DNA of 61,471 nucleotides, the filler included. It is 12 parts of 12 records of this genome, joined end to end, with 100 filler letters (N's around TTAATTAATTAA, not from the genome) between each part and the next. Parts side by side here need not be neighbours in the genome. Positions count along the whole stretch, not along the records: positions 39,086 to 45,401 come from SRR15195285_4835; positions 45,502 to 49,997 come from SRR15195285_4837; positions 50,098 to 53,535 come from SRR15195285_4844; 9 more parts are not named here. One strand, 5' to 3'. Below the pieces are notes generated by a model. That model worked only from the letters and a program-made list of their open reading frames with translations, was not told the DNA's origin and did not search any database. Numbering within the stretch: position 1 is the stretch's first letter; each line of letters begins with the position of its first letter. Of this stretch, positions 39,668 through 50,332 are shown in pieces. The position numbers and the translations under genes were made by a program.

Positions 39668-42600
39668 ATGGCAGCGCAGACGGAGGCGGCCCAGCCCGAC
39701 CCGGAGCCAGAGCTGGAGACGTTGACTGGTGAGTTTCAGCCACCCCACACTTTTGCGAGTGATACGGCGTCACCGTCGCCGACACTGACTAGGTGGCTCC
39801 GGGCGCAGAGTCTGAGGAAGCGGATTCCACGGAAGAGGAGGACGACGGGGAGGTGATGGCGCTGCGGCAGCAGGTGGTAGAGCTGCAGGCGTCGCTGTCC
39901 CAGAGCCAGAGAAAGCGCGACACCCTGGAGCAACTGCTGGATGAGCGCACGGCGGAAGTCCAGGAACAGGTCGAGGCCAAGCGTAGATTGGGCGAAGACA
40001 TCGCGTCATACCTGCGTGCTGCTGGAGCGCGTCGCGGGAAGTCATCCTCCGAGATCAAGCTACTGCAGACTGAGCTGCGTTCAGCTCGAGCGAAGGCGCG
40101 GGCGGTGGCCGAAGATGCACTGGAGCTGCAGTTGCGATACCAACGTAAGTCGTCGGAGGCCAATGAGCACGCGAACAAACGACGGTGGCTTGAGAAAAAG
40201 CTGTCCAAGATGACCACCCGTGTGCACGCGCTGGAGGACGGTTTGCGTGCATCCCAGCAGATCCACCAGGACACGGTCCGAGAGAAACAGAAGTTCGCCT
40301 CGGAGCTGGGGCGGACAAAATTAGTGTTGGCCGAGTGTGAGCTCGCAGGTGACCGACTGCGGCAGCAGCTCAACACAGCGCAAGAGAAGTCAGACATGAT
40401 CAGTCGTCAGCTGAAGAAGATGGGCGAGGAAGTGGAAAAGGGAGCCACTGATCTCGCAGCCCTCGGCCCCGGCCAGGACGGGCGTGTGACGAATTTGCGA
40501 GAGAAACTCCGGGCAGCCCACGATAATCGTGCGAGAGCGGAACGTTTTCAGATCGATCTGGATGTCCAAACCAGCGCTGCCCTGCAGACCAAGGCGCAAG
40601 AGCACCGCGACGAGGTCAAGCGAATGGCGACAGAAGTTCGAGAGGCAGACACAGCGATGCTTGATGAAGATGCTGCAGCGCATGACCCAGCAGCGGAGTT
40701 GCTGGAGCAAGCCGAAGGTCGCGCTTCTCCTGAACTTGAAGAGCAGGAGGACGTGGATGGACTTCGCGAAGAGCTCCGAGTAGGAATCTGTGAGGTCGAC
40801 ATGCAGCGACAGATCCTCAGCTGGGCGGGGGTTGGACTCGACGAGGATGCGAATCAGCTGCTTCAGGCACACAATCGCAAGGATGACCTTGCCCAGCGCG
40901 CAGTGTCCTCGCTGCTCCTGTTCGCATCACTCATCCCAGTCGGTGGCATTGGACAAGAGCATATCGAAACTCTGGCGGACACAGGCATCGTGCGGGCGTT
41001 TCATCATGCGCGGACGGGCAAGGAGCCGCTGAAAACGTTCTCTCCGAATCTGAAAGGCCTTCCGCGGCTATACAAAGAGTTAGAGCAACTGACCATTCAC
41101 GGGTACTTTACTCCGGAGGAGCTGAAGCGACGCGCAAAGGCCACAGCGACATTTCAAGCAATGCTACGGATCAAGCGTGCGCTGAAAGCCTTCCGCAGGC
41201 GGCAGCGTGAAATTCTGGAGCACAGCTCCGCGACTTCAATCAACTCTCACGCGCGTGGACATCTTGGCAGAAAACAAGCGAATGCTCGACGATTGGAGGT
41301 TCGGCATGAGAAGCGACAACTTAAGCGCGCAAGCGACCTTGCACGCGCGGAGCGACTGATTGAGGAAGCGCTGGGCACAGACGATGACGACGACGATGGC
41401 GATGACTACAGCCTCGCCAATTCAAGGCTGCGCCGAGCCAACCGCTCTTATCGACACATAATTCGCGGGCTACCTGTCGCAGCTGTTGCGCATCTCAGTG
41501 CGCACAAGAAACATGGCCCGCTCTATGGTGTACTCATGGCAGCTGTAATGGGGCAGCGCGACTACCAAAGGCGCTTAAAGAGGTACACGCGGCTCAGGAA
41601 CAATGGTGACAAGTCAGGCGGCTGGGTGACGCTGGATGGTGACGATGACAGTGCTTCAGCGCAGGCGAAGCTGCGCGAGCGCATCTGGCAGCTCGAAGGT
41701 GACGTCTCAGCACTACTACTTGTTGATGCGCGACGTCGGCTCGCGGATCGCAGGCAAACCCTGATCGACTCGAACAAGGGCAAGCCAATTGCCGCGCATC
41801 AAAAGTATGCCAAGCCCCAGACCGACACGCTCTCGAAGCATCGTCTAGCAGAGGTAGGAAAACGGTGAGTTGTCCCAATCTCGCATCTGTCGGCTATTGT
41901 CTTTCATTTATCACTGAAAGTGGCCTGTGATCTTGTTTACGGTGGTCGATTCTCAAACTTTTGGGCTGGTGGACTGAATCGGTTGCAGGCCAGCAACAGC
42001 TCCATATCTCACTTCACCCGAACCGACGTACTTGCCCCCAGATGTGTCCATGGGGACGGATGGAACAGTCTTGACTTCCGGTGATGCAAGGGGTAGAGCC
42101 CTTTCGACAGCACGTTCGGACTTGATGAGTAGCCGCCCGGTGAACTTGACACAGGACAGCCTTGGGCTGGACAGTGCCGATACGAACGCAGTAACCCTGC
42201 AAGACGAGCAGGTGAGTGGATGGTCACAGGAGGTGACCGATCCGTTCGTCTCAACATCAAGATCTGCCAGCGAGCTCGTTGGTGACGAGCCACGTGACGC
42301 ACGTCCTGTGTCACGCGCTATCTCACACATTGGATGCTCACCGACGCTCACCCAGCGGTTGAGAGCGGCACAGACTGCCCGTCGCACAACACAAGGCTAC
42401 CGAAATGCCACGAAGAACGGTCCGAATGCGCTACAGGGTGTGCGCGTTAAGGACTCGCTACCAGTTCTTGAGGCGGCTGTGCAAGAGGCTGCGCTCGCGG
42501 CTGGCGTCCATGTCTCGCCGCGCCACGCTGACAAAACTGTCGGTGGCCAGGCGCCGGTGTCTGGCAAGGCAGCAGTGCAGTGGCAAGAGTGGCTGCGACA

Positions 42601-42826
42601 GGAAAAAGGCATTAAACTCGAGCTAACACCTATTGGCGCAGCAGGCCTCGCACATACCCTTCAGCAGCCAGGCAGAGGTAGCGGCATTGACAAGGCAGAG
42701 TCGGCAGCAGCAGCATTTGCGAAGCTTGATCTGCAGGGCACCACTGCAGGCAAAACAATCGTTCGGAAAAAGACTGACAGACGCACTCCATCAGTAAGTT
42801 CTGCCACCAAGTCAGCTCTTAGGTGA
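39668..42826 (+). CDS. Coiled-coil protein with IQ-like motifs, 3 exons, function unknown
   Basis: Introns 39729-39808 and 41865-41988 keep frame; heptad-rich N-half; ATATFQAMLR and SATSINSHARGHLGRK IQ-like segments. Confidence 0.7.
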
Positions 42827-44000
42827 TCAGACTGGAGCTTGTTTAATACAACGCTCTTGGATCTCTATTGAATGGTTTCGTTAGCTCCCAGTTGGGCTAT
42901 CATTTGTATGCTGGGACGTGCAGTGTATGGCCGCAGCTGTTTTTGACACAATGTGTCTGCATGCTGTGCAACAGGAACGGAAACGTTCACCAAGAGGCCG
43001 TGGGTCTAACGTCGACCAGCGTGGACGCCAAAGGCAGGGAAGTGATAGCTTGCACTCCAACTCGGATGCGCCATCAGTGATGTCTGATGCTAGCGATCAC
43101 AGGACGGAAGTATCATCGTGGTAGCATAAGAAAATGCATCAGATCTTGTGACATTGATTTGGCAGCTGTTTAAAAGATATCTGGGAACTCGCAGGTGGTT
43201 CGGCCGGATTAATATGCGACTCTTCTTGCGTAACACAAGCGCTGCCGCCATCACTCGATGCGCCAATCCACGAGGCCTGTGGAGAATCGTTGAATTTCAG
43301 CCTACGGATGGAGTTGCGCCAACGGATTGTACATCATCAACCAGCGCGCAGCACTACTGACGCGCCCGCTGCACCACATTCACACTGCGTTGGGGGGCGT
43401 CCCGTGAGCGCCCGGGGTGCGGCACACGGCCGGAACGGACTAGCCAGGGTCGTCAATGAGGTCCAGGAGATGACTGTGAATCACCTGTTTTCAAACTTCA
43501 GGTAGCTGAGCTATGAACGTTTCAATTTTGGTCGGTGATTCCTGGATACGGCGAGGTGGGCAAGCCACCACAGCGCCACCGGTCACAGCGCCGACCAGTC
43601 TATACATGCCTGACCATTGAATATCCGTGCAATTCAGTCAGTCATTGACTCATGAGTACTGGTAGTGAGCAGTCACTGAGATTCAGTATTGGTATTGTGT
43701 GGTTTGTGACTTCGGCCGGGCATGAAATATATGAGGGCATGAAATACCTCTAAAACACCTGTATGTGGGTACTCAGATAGCCTATGTAAATTTGAATGTG
43801 GGGGAGGGTGAATACCAGGGTAGTACGATGAGCCCTTCTTGGAGCCTAAATTTTTTAAGCAACGGCTACCCCGGTGGCCGAAGCCGAAGATCTAGTAACA
43901 CCGAGGAACACAACGCAGGCTCCTTTCGATCAGCATGGATGTTTGTATTGTGTCAAAAATCACTGTCGGCGCCGTTTGCCTTTGTCCACGCCGTCGTAGT

Positions 44001-45401
44001 CTACACCTTCTTACAGCACGACGGGCACGGCTGGGTTAGGTGGTCGCACGTGCAGCGCACATTCTCGCATACAGCCTGCGGTTTCACCACGGCGCCCATC
44101 GTGACGTTTCGAAAGACCAGATTCTCGATTGGCATCTCAGGTAGACCCGTGAGGCTGTATGAGTAGTCAGTCCCACGGGCACAGTGCACGTTTTCGAACT
44201 GGATATTGCGCAAGCGTGGCGTGGCGGAGGCGTTTGTCTGATTGCCAGTGGCGCCGACCGCGATGTTGACGCACTGGCGCGTGTCATTCAGCACGATATT
44301 GCGGTATGTAATATTCTCAATCACCCCACCCCGCCCACGCCGTGTCTTGATGTGGACCCCGGCCGTTTGGTGTAGGACGGTCAGGTCTTCGAATGTCACA
44401 TTGATGATGCTGCCTGATGTCTCAGAGCCAATCGCAATCCCGTAGCCTGCGCCAAAAGTCACGTTTCGAACGAGAACGTCGCGAGTCGAACGGTTGTAAA
44501 GACGGCCCCAGTAGTCTCGCCCAGACTTCATGGCGATGGCGTCATCGCCTGAGTGAATGAAGGAGTCTTCCACCACCACGTCCTGGCAAGAGTCTACGTC
44601 AATGCCATCTGCATTTGCGCCGTGAGGCGACGTGATGTTCACTCGTCGAACGCGCAGCTTGGTTACAGAGGAGAAATGCGTGTTCCAGTCCCCAGGGCGC
44701 ATAACCGTCACGTCCTCAAAGACGACATCTGTGGCGTTGGCGAGGAAGACGCAGTGTGGCCGGCCGTGGCCATTGCAAGGTGGCGCACTAAGGTTCCAGT
44801 AAAGTGGGGCGCCAACATACTTAGCGCAGGCTCGCCAGAAACCACCGTTGCAATCGATCGTGCCACCACCACCGATGGATATGTTGGACGTATTCCAGGT
44901 GAACAGCATAGACTGGTGCATCAGCCGACCAAATATTGGCGGTGCATCCGAGGCGCAGCTATATGCTGGCCACACGGCCGCTGCCTGCTCAGCAACCAGC
45001 ATCAGCTCAGCTCCTTGCAAGGCATACACTTGTTTGAATATACCAGACAATTGTGTGAGAGGTACACTAACCGTAAGCAGTGGGTACTCGGAGCCGTTCT
45101 GTGACCCCAGAATTGTTGCACCGGCTTGGATCTCCACCCGTGTGTTGGAAGAGATGTTCACAGGCCCAGTGAGGTAGGACGCTGCGCGCCCATCGCTGTG
45201 TGCTGGAAAGCGAAGGATCCCTCCACCTGCCTTCGCCAACGCAGCAGCTGCGCCTCTTACTGCCGCCGTGTCAGAGGTCGAGCCATCGCCCACTGCACCG
45301 TGGTGTACGACGTCGAACACCTCAGAGGGGTGCCCGCCAACGACCGCAGCTGCAGCAGTGGTACATGCAGAGTCCAGCAGCAGCAGCAGCAGCAGCAGCA
45401 G
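44001..45401 (-). CDS. GH28 polygalacturonase-like glycoside hydrolase; 5'-truncated in a poly-Leu signal peptide
   Basis: GAVGDGSTSDT, YLTGP, NADGID, GDDAIAMKSG, IAIGSE, HIKT; likely in-frame intron 45071-44985; (CAG)n at contig end encodes Leu run. Confidence 0.9.
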   Translation of the reverse strand: MLLLLLLLLDSACTTAAAAVVGGHPSEVFDVVHHGAVGDGSTSDTAAVRGAAAALAKAGGGILRFPAHSDGRAASYLTGPVNISSNTRVEIQAGATILGSQNGSEYPLLTVSVPLTQLSGIFKQVYALQGAELMLVAEQAAAVWPAYSCASDAPPIFGRLMHQSMLFTWNTSNISIGGGGTIDCNGGFWRACAKYVGAPLYWNLSAPPCNGHGRPHCVFLANATDVVFEDVTVMRPGDWNTHFSSVTKLRVRRVNITSPHGANADGIDVDSCQDVVVEDSFIHSGDDAIAMKSGRDYWGRLYNRSTRDVLVRNVTFGAGYGIAIGSETSGSIINVTFEDLTVLHQTAGVHIKTRRGRGGVIENITYRNIVLNDTRQCVNIAVGATGNQTNASATPRLRNIQFENVHCARGTDYSYSLTGLPEMPIENLVFRNVTMGAVVKPQAVCENVRCTCDHLTQPCPSCCKKV

Positions 45402-45501
45402 NNNNNNNNNNNNNNNNNNNNNNNNNNNNNNNNNNNNNNNNNNNNTTAATTAATTAANNNNNNNNNNNNNNNNNNNNNNNNNNNNNNNNNNNNNNNNNNN
45501 N
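45402..45501. other. Artificial contig linker
   Basis: N44-TTAATTAATTAA-N44. Confidence 0.99.
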
Positions 45502-45502
45502 C

Positions 45503-48370
45503 CTGCGCCCAAAGTCTGAGATCCCCACCGATGTACCTCGTGTTGGAAATATTGGGGTCGACTTTGCTACCTGGAAGCAGTCTGAGAAATATGAAAGGGA
45601 TGTAACTATGAGACAATTGGTGTCACCTCGAAATTGGGCAACAGGTGTGCCGGCCAGTTTGACCTTCGTGACTAGCTTAGATGCCAAGGAGGGCCTGCGA
45701 CCAACCAGAATAGAGTATTCACATGGGATGACAAGCGTTCAAAAGGTAAAGGTTGAAAGAGAGAAATTTGGATTTGGAAGTCATGCACCAACCTACAGAG
45801 GGGATAGTGCAGGTGCGGGGATGCTAGCTGCACAGTATGTCGGATTGGGCGACCTCTGGTACACGCTTACACCGCGAGCCAAAGCCCCGGACAACAATCA
45901 AGCGCCGCCTCCACATCATCAAACGCATACCTCAAAATCGGCTACCAGTCCCAGACGACAACGTCCGAAGTCGGCACCGCTGCAGCGTTCAGTACGTGGG
46001 ACGCCACGGCATGTTACATGGGTGGAGCAGCTAAACGAGCCCACTGGCTCCGTTTCGGGTGAATTCGCTGGCGGCTCGCCACAAACATTCACCCAAACTG
46101 CAGCTAAGTACCAAGTTGCTGTGCCACCCGCATTGACAAACAAGATCCTGCCGAAGAAGGCTGTGCCGGTGAAGCCTCCTGCACCGTCGGCACCGATTGT
46201 CTCCAATGATGAACAGATTGTTCGCCTGAAGGCACTGCAAGAAGTAAAGCACCTCACAGACTCACTGGAGCGAGGGCTACATCGCGGCCAGGCTGACTTG
46301 AAGGCTGAACTGCAGAAGTTGACGAGAGGTCAGCGGCAGGATCGGCAACAAAACATGCTGGGCACTCACGAATTTATCAAGGCAGAACTCGACGCACGCA
46401 TCTACCACTTGCAGCAAGGCTGGGAGACGCACGCTCAGGCTGTCCAGACGGGAGTCAATGAATTGAAGTCTGAACTCAAGGCGTGGGGTGCAGGAACGAG
46501 ACACGCAATTTCTGGCGTTGAGGAGTCGGCAGCAGCTGCGATCAAGGCAGTTGAGGGCACGCACGCAAAAATGCTCCGTGAGCGATGGGAGACGATGGAG
46601 TCCGAGCTGGAGAGGCAGCGCAAAGAGTTCGAGCGCGAAATCCAGAAGTTGCAGGAGCAATTAGCACGTACAGAGAAAGCGAGGGTAGATCAGATGGAAG
46701 CAAGCTTGAACGGTATCGCAAAGTCGATCACGGATGGTCTCGACGAGGGTGCTCACCGGCTTGATCACCAACCCGGCACCCAGTCGGATAAATCACCCAG
46801 CGTGCGTGACACCAAGCCTGCTGAGCCTCAATCTGAGGTGCATTGGGCTGCGCAGCCACCAGTGGCGGCCCGTCCAGCCACACAGCCTATGAAACGCAGC
46901 ATGCAGCAGCCCGCATCGAAGCCAGAAGGTGCAATTGGCAGCGATGCAATGTACGTTGCCAGAGAACCATGGTCCGCCGGACGATCTACGTTGGCGGCTG
47001 GTCGGACAGGGGCTACTACAATCACTACGACTCCTCATACTCCAGCTCGGCTCGATGTGAACGATCAGCGAAAAGCACATGCTGTTGCACACGAGAGTTT
47101 GCTTGCTGAATCACAGGAGCACGGCAGAGCCGCCACAAGTGCATCTCAGCCTATGCACCCACAGCCGCCGCCTGCATCTGGAGGTGTCCATCCCGACGCA
47201 GAATCTGCAGATCTCTCCACATCGCGCACAATTGGCGAAATGATCGGTCTACTGAAAGTGGAACTTGCACTTGCAGACACTTTGAGTGTGCCAGCGGCTG
47301 TGGCGGAGGCTTCGATGATGTTGGAGTGCACCTTTCCTGATGGAACTCCGCTCAGAAAGAAGGTCCAACTACTCTGTGATGAGTGCGGAATTGGCAGCTC
47401 CCTGAATGCTGCTGCAAGACCTGTTCCCTTCCTGGCACCTGGGCCGGTACTGCCAGTAAAGCCTTCTGCGAACTCGGCGCAGCCAACCGTGGAGGCTTTG
47501 CTCAACGACGCAGTTTCGAGGCTTGAGGCTCTTGCAGAGTATCCTGGTCAGCGACCCTTAGCCGGCACTCAGCAGATTTTGCCGACCGCTGTCTCCCTGG
47601 CGAAGATCGACAAGCACATTGAGCAAGTGACGCAGCACCCGCCGCTTAAAAAGGCAGTGCAGGTCGACATGGAGGTGGATGCAACGGATCATCACCTGTT
47701 GTCCGATAAGTCACAGGAAGAAAAAATAGCGCTTGCTGTGGCTGAGGGAGTCAAAAACTCCTTTGAGGACGGCCTGTTTGAGGCTGGATGGCAGCGCCAA
47801 GAACATCTTCGTGCAATTCGCTCTGAGATAGACGCAGTCCGGCAGGACGCGGAAGCGAACGTTGCCCAAGAAATGATGAAGATGCGGATGGAAGCACGTC
47901 AGAAGGCCCAGGATGAGCGCGAACGAAACATGCGTCGCTCGCTGGACGCCGTTAATGCACAGCGTGAGAAGGCACTGGCAGAGCGAGAGGCTGAGCTGAA
48001 CGCCAAGGCGCGCGACGCTGCCTTGGCGAGGCGTGAGGCTCTGCTGGCGGCAGCGGAGCAGCGGACCCATCTCGCTGCTGCAGCAGCAGCAACACAGCAT
48101 GCGCCAACTGCCCCTGTGGGGTTGCCACAAGTGGCAGCGGCCACTCCACGCCCGCCGTCACAGCCAACAACACCCCCGTCAGAAGAAATGGGCACGGCGC
48201 CACACGCTGACCAAGCAGGCCCCCGGAAGCGGCGCGACGCGCTGTTTGAACACCTGAACCTCTTGAAAGGTCTCAAAATGCGCGGTTTGCTCGACGAGAG
48301 CGAGTATGAAAAGAGGAAGCACTCTATTCTCGACAAGTACGAGGCTGCTGGTTCGCAGTTGGTAAAATGA
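45503..48370 (+). CDS. Large coiled-coil/low-complexity protein with C-terminal SHOCT-like domain; probably 5'-truncated
   Basis: Frame open from contig start; C-terminal LNLLKGLKMRGLLDESEYEKRKHSILD. Confidence 0.7.
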   Translation: MRPKSEIPTDVPRVGNIGVDFATWKQSEKYERDVTMRQLVSPRNWATGVPASLTFVTSLDAKEGLRPTRIEYSHGMTSVQKVKVEREKFGFGSHAPTYRGDSAGAGMLAAQYVGLGDLWYTLTPRAKAPDNNQAPPPHHQTHTSKSATSPRRQRPKSAPLQRSVRGTPRHVTWVEQLNEPTGSVSGEFAGGSPQTFTQTAAKYQVAVPPALTNKILPKKAVPVKPPAPSAPIVSNDEQIVRLKALQEVKHLTDSLERGLHRGQADLKAELQKLTRGQRQDRQQNMLGTHEFIKAELDARIYHLQQGWETHAQAVQTGVNELKSELKAWGAGTRHAISGVEESAAAAIKAVEGTHAKMLRERWETMESELERQRKEFEREIQKLQEQLARTEKARVDQMEASLNGIAKSITDGLDEGAHRLDHQPGTQSDKSPSVRDTKPAEPQSEVHWAAQPPVAARPATQPMKRSMQQPASKPEGAIGSDAMYVAREPWSAGRSTLAAGRTGATTITTTPHTPARLDVNDQRKAHAVAHESLLAESQEHGRAATSASQPMHPQPPPASGGVHPDAESADLSTSRTIGEMIGLLKVELALADTLSVPAAVAEASMMLECTFPDGTPLRKKVQLLCDECGIGSSLNAAARPVPFLAPGPVLPVKPSANSAQPTVEALLNDAVSRLEALAEYPGQRPLAGTQQILPTAVSLAKIDKHIEQVTQHPPLKKAVQVDMEVDATDHHLLSDKSQEEKIALAVAEGVKNSFEDGLFEAGWQRQEHLRAIRSEIDAVRQDAEANVAQEMMKMRMEARQKAQDERERNMRRSLDAVNAQREKALAEREAELNAKARDAALARREALLAAAEQRTHLAAAAAATQHAPTAPVGLPQVAAATPRPPSQPTTPPSEEMGTAPHADQAGPRKRRDALFEHLNLLKGLKMRGLLDESEYEKRKHSILDKYEAAGSQLVK

Positions 48371-48557
48371 ATTAGAGTTCTGATGAACAGACTTGTGTGG
48401 AACACGATGAATGCTCTGGCCGAGAATAGTCTTTGGTGTCTCATCCAGCTGGCGCACAATACACATCATCCACACACATCAATCCACTTTTCGTGCATTG
48501 CGCATGTACTGCCACATGGTCATCACTTGTGCTATGGTGCCTCATAATGCGGAAAGA

Positions 48558-49606
48558 CTAACGGGCAGCTTCTTTTACGTCGTTCAGGACACGGCGGATG
48601 TCAACCCACACATCATCCGGGGCCTGGTTCCTGCACCCACAGCACCCCACAGTGCGCTTAGTCGGAGCAACAGATGGCGCACGCGCACTGATGGCGCAGG
48701 GGCACATATGGGCAGGCCTGGTCTGGTCTGTTCAGCGGGATCGAGCCGGCGTAGCGCAGAGAACTCCGCCTGTACATCAACACACGCACGTGCTGAAAGC
48801 ACAGGCACTCACCCGTCGATTTCGACCAGCCGATCTGAGTAGAAGTCCTTGATGGAGCCGAGATTGCCATGGTAGGACTTGAGTCGGTCGCTGAGTTTCT
48901 CTGGGGTGTCGTCAGCGCGCTGGGTCACGCGGTCGGCGATCTCTCCAGCCGGAGGCGGCTTGGTCGTCATGTGGTAAATCTCACCCGTGACCGGGTCCAG
49001 CCGGCGGCCAGTAACTCTGTCGATAAGGACATCATCCGGCACGTCAAGAAGAACAAAGATGTCCACCTCAACGCCAGCGACTGCAAGTGCCTCGGCTTGG
49101 GCTGGGGTTCGCGGGAAGCCGTCCAGTAGGAAGCCGCGGTCATCGATCTCGGGGGAGGCGAGACGCTCCTCGACGACGCCGATGATGACTTCGTCGTCCA
49201 CAAGCTGGCCGGACTCCATCAGCACCTTGGCCTTCTTGCCGACCTCGCTGCCTGAGGCAACAGCTTCGCGGAGCATGTCACCCGTGGACAAGTGGACGAC
49301 ATCGTACTCGAGCACAATGTTTTCGCACTGCGTGCCCTTGCCGGACGCGGGGGGGCCGGCAATGACGATGCGCATTCCTTTCGGCTCGAACTCCGCCTGA
49401 ACGTTGCGGGGCAGCGGACGTCAGAGAGCGACGCACCGGAGCAGATAGCACAAAGAACGAAGCAGGCAGGCAGCTGTCTGCCTGCGCACGCGGCTACGGC
49501 TACGCACCTCTCTCTCCAATTCCGCCTCATCGCCGCCCGCAGCGTGCGCAGCCCCAATGTGGCTGCTGAGGTTCTGGAGACGGAAGTTCAGGCTTGTCGA
49601 GGCCAT
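48558..49606 (-). CDS. adk: Adenylate kinase, 3 exons, with N-terminal PTS2-like motif
   Basis: GPPASGKGTQ, HLSTGDMLR, LLDGFPRT, GRRLDPVTGEIYH, QRADD; introns 49507-49397 and 48812-48631. Confidence 0.93.
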
Positions 49607-49997
49607 GATGACGAACAGGCAGGCGAGCGCAGTGCAGCAGAGCGAGCGAACGCGGTACAGACGAACTCGAATCGTGATGCGGCCGTGTTTGCCCCTGAGG
49701 GTGGGTGCGGCGGCGGGACCCCGGCGGCCTGCTGCGAAGTAGTGCGATTCCAGCGATGCAGCGCGCCACCTACAGACTACACTGGCCCACACACAACGTG
49801 ATTTCAGACACAAATTGGACCAATTTTGAGTATTATGGAGAAACGAGAGTGGCCGGGGCGCGGCCACTTGGCGTGGCACTGTATACTAGCGCGACATACT
49901 TAGCAGCAGGCTCCCCTACACGACGCTGCTGTGGCTCTCTAAGCCCTCCGTCATACACGTGTTCCGTTTACACCGCGCCATACACACCATACACGAG

Positions 49998-50097
49998 NNN
50001 NNNNNNNNNNNNNNNNNNNNNNNNNNNNNNNNNNNNNNNNNTTAATTAATTAANNNNNNNNNNNNNNNNNNNNNNNNNNNNNNNNNNNNNNNNNNNN
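49998..50097. other. Artificial contig linker
   Basis: N44-TTAATTAATTAA-N44. Confidence 0.99.
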
Positions 50098-50332
50098 TGA
50101 ATAGGGCTGCGAGTACCATAGCTGCGCGTCGGAGTCGACGGGGCGGGGCCGGCCATGGCATGCCACCTGCCCCGTGCACTCTGGTTGGATGGGCGGTACT
50201 TGAGTACCGTAGATCTATCATAGCACAGCAGCCAGAACCCTGCGCCTGCCTGCTGCGTGGCCGTGGGTACATTTGAACACGTAGTGGAAACCCAGCGCGC
50301 CGCTTTTCGGCCCTCGGCTCGTTCTTCTTGCT

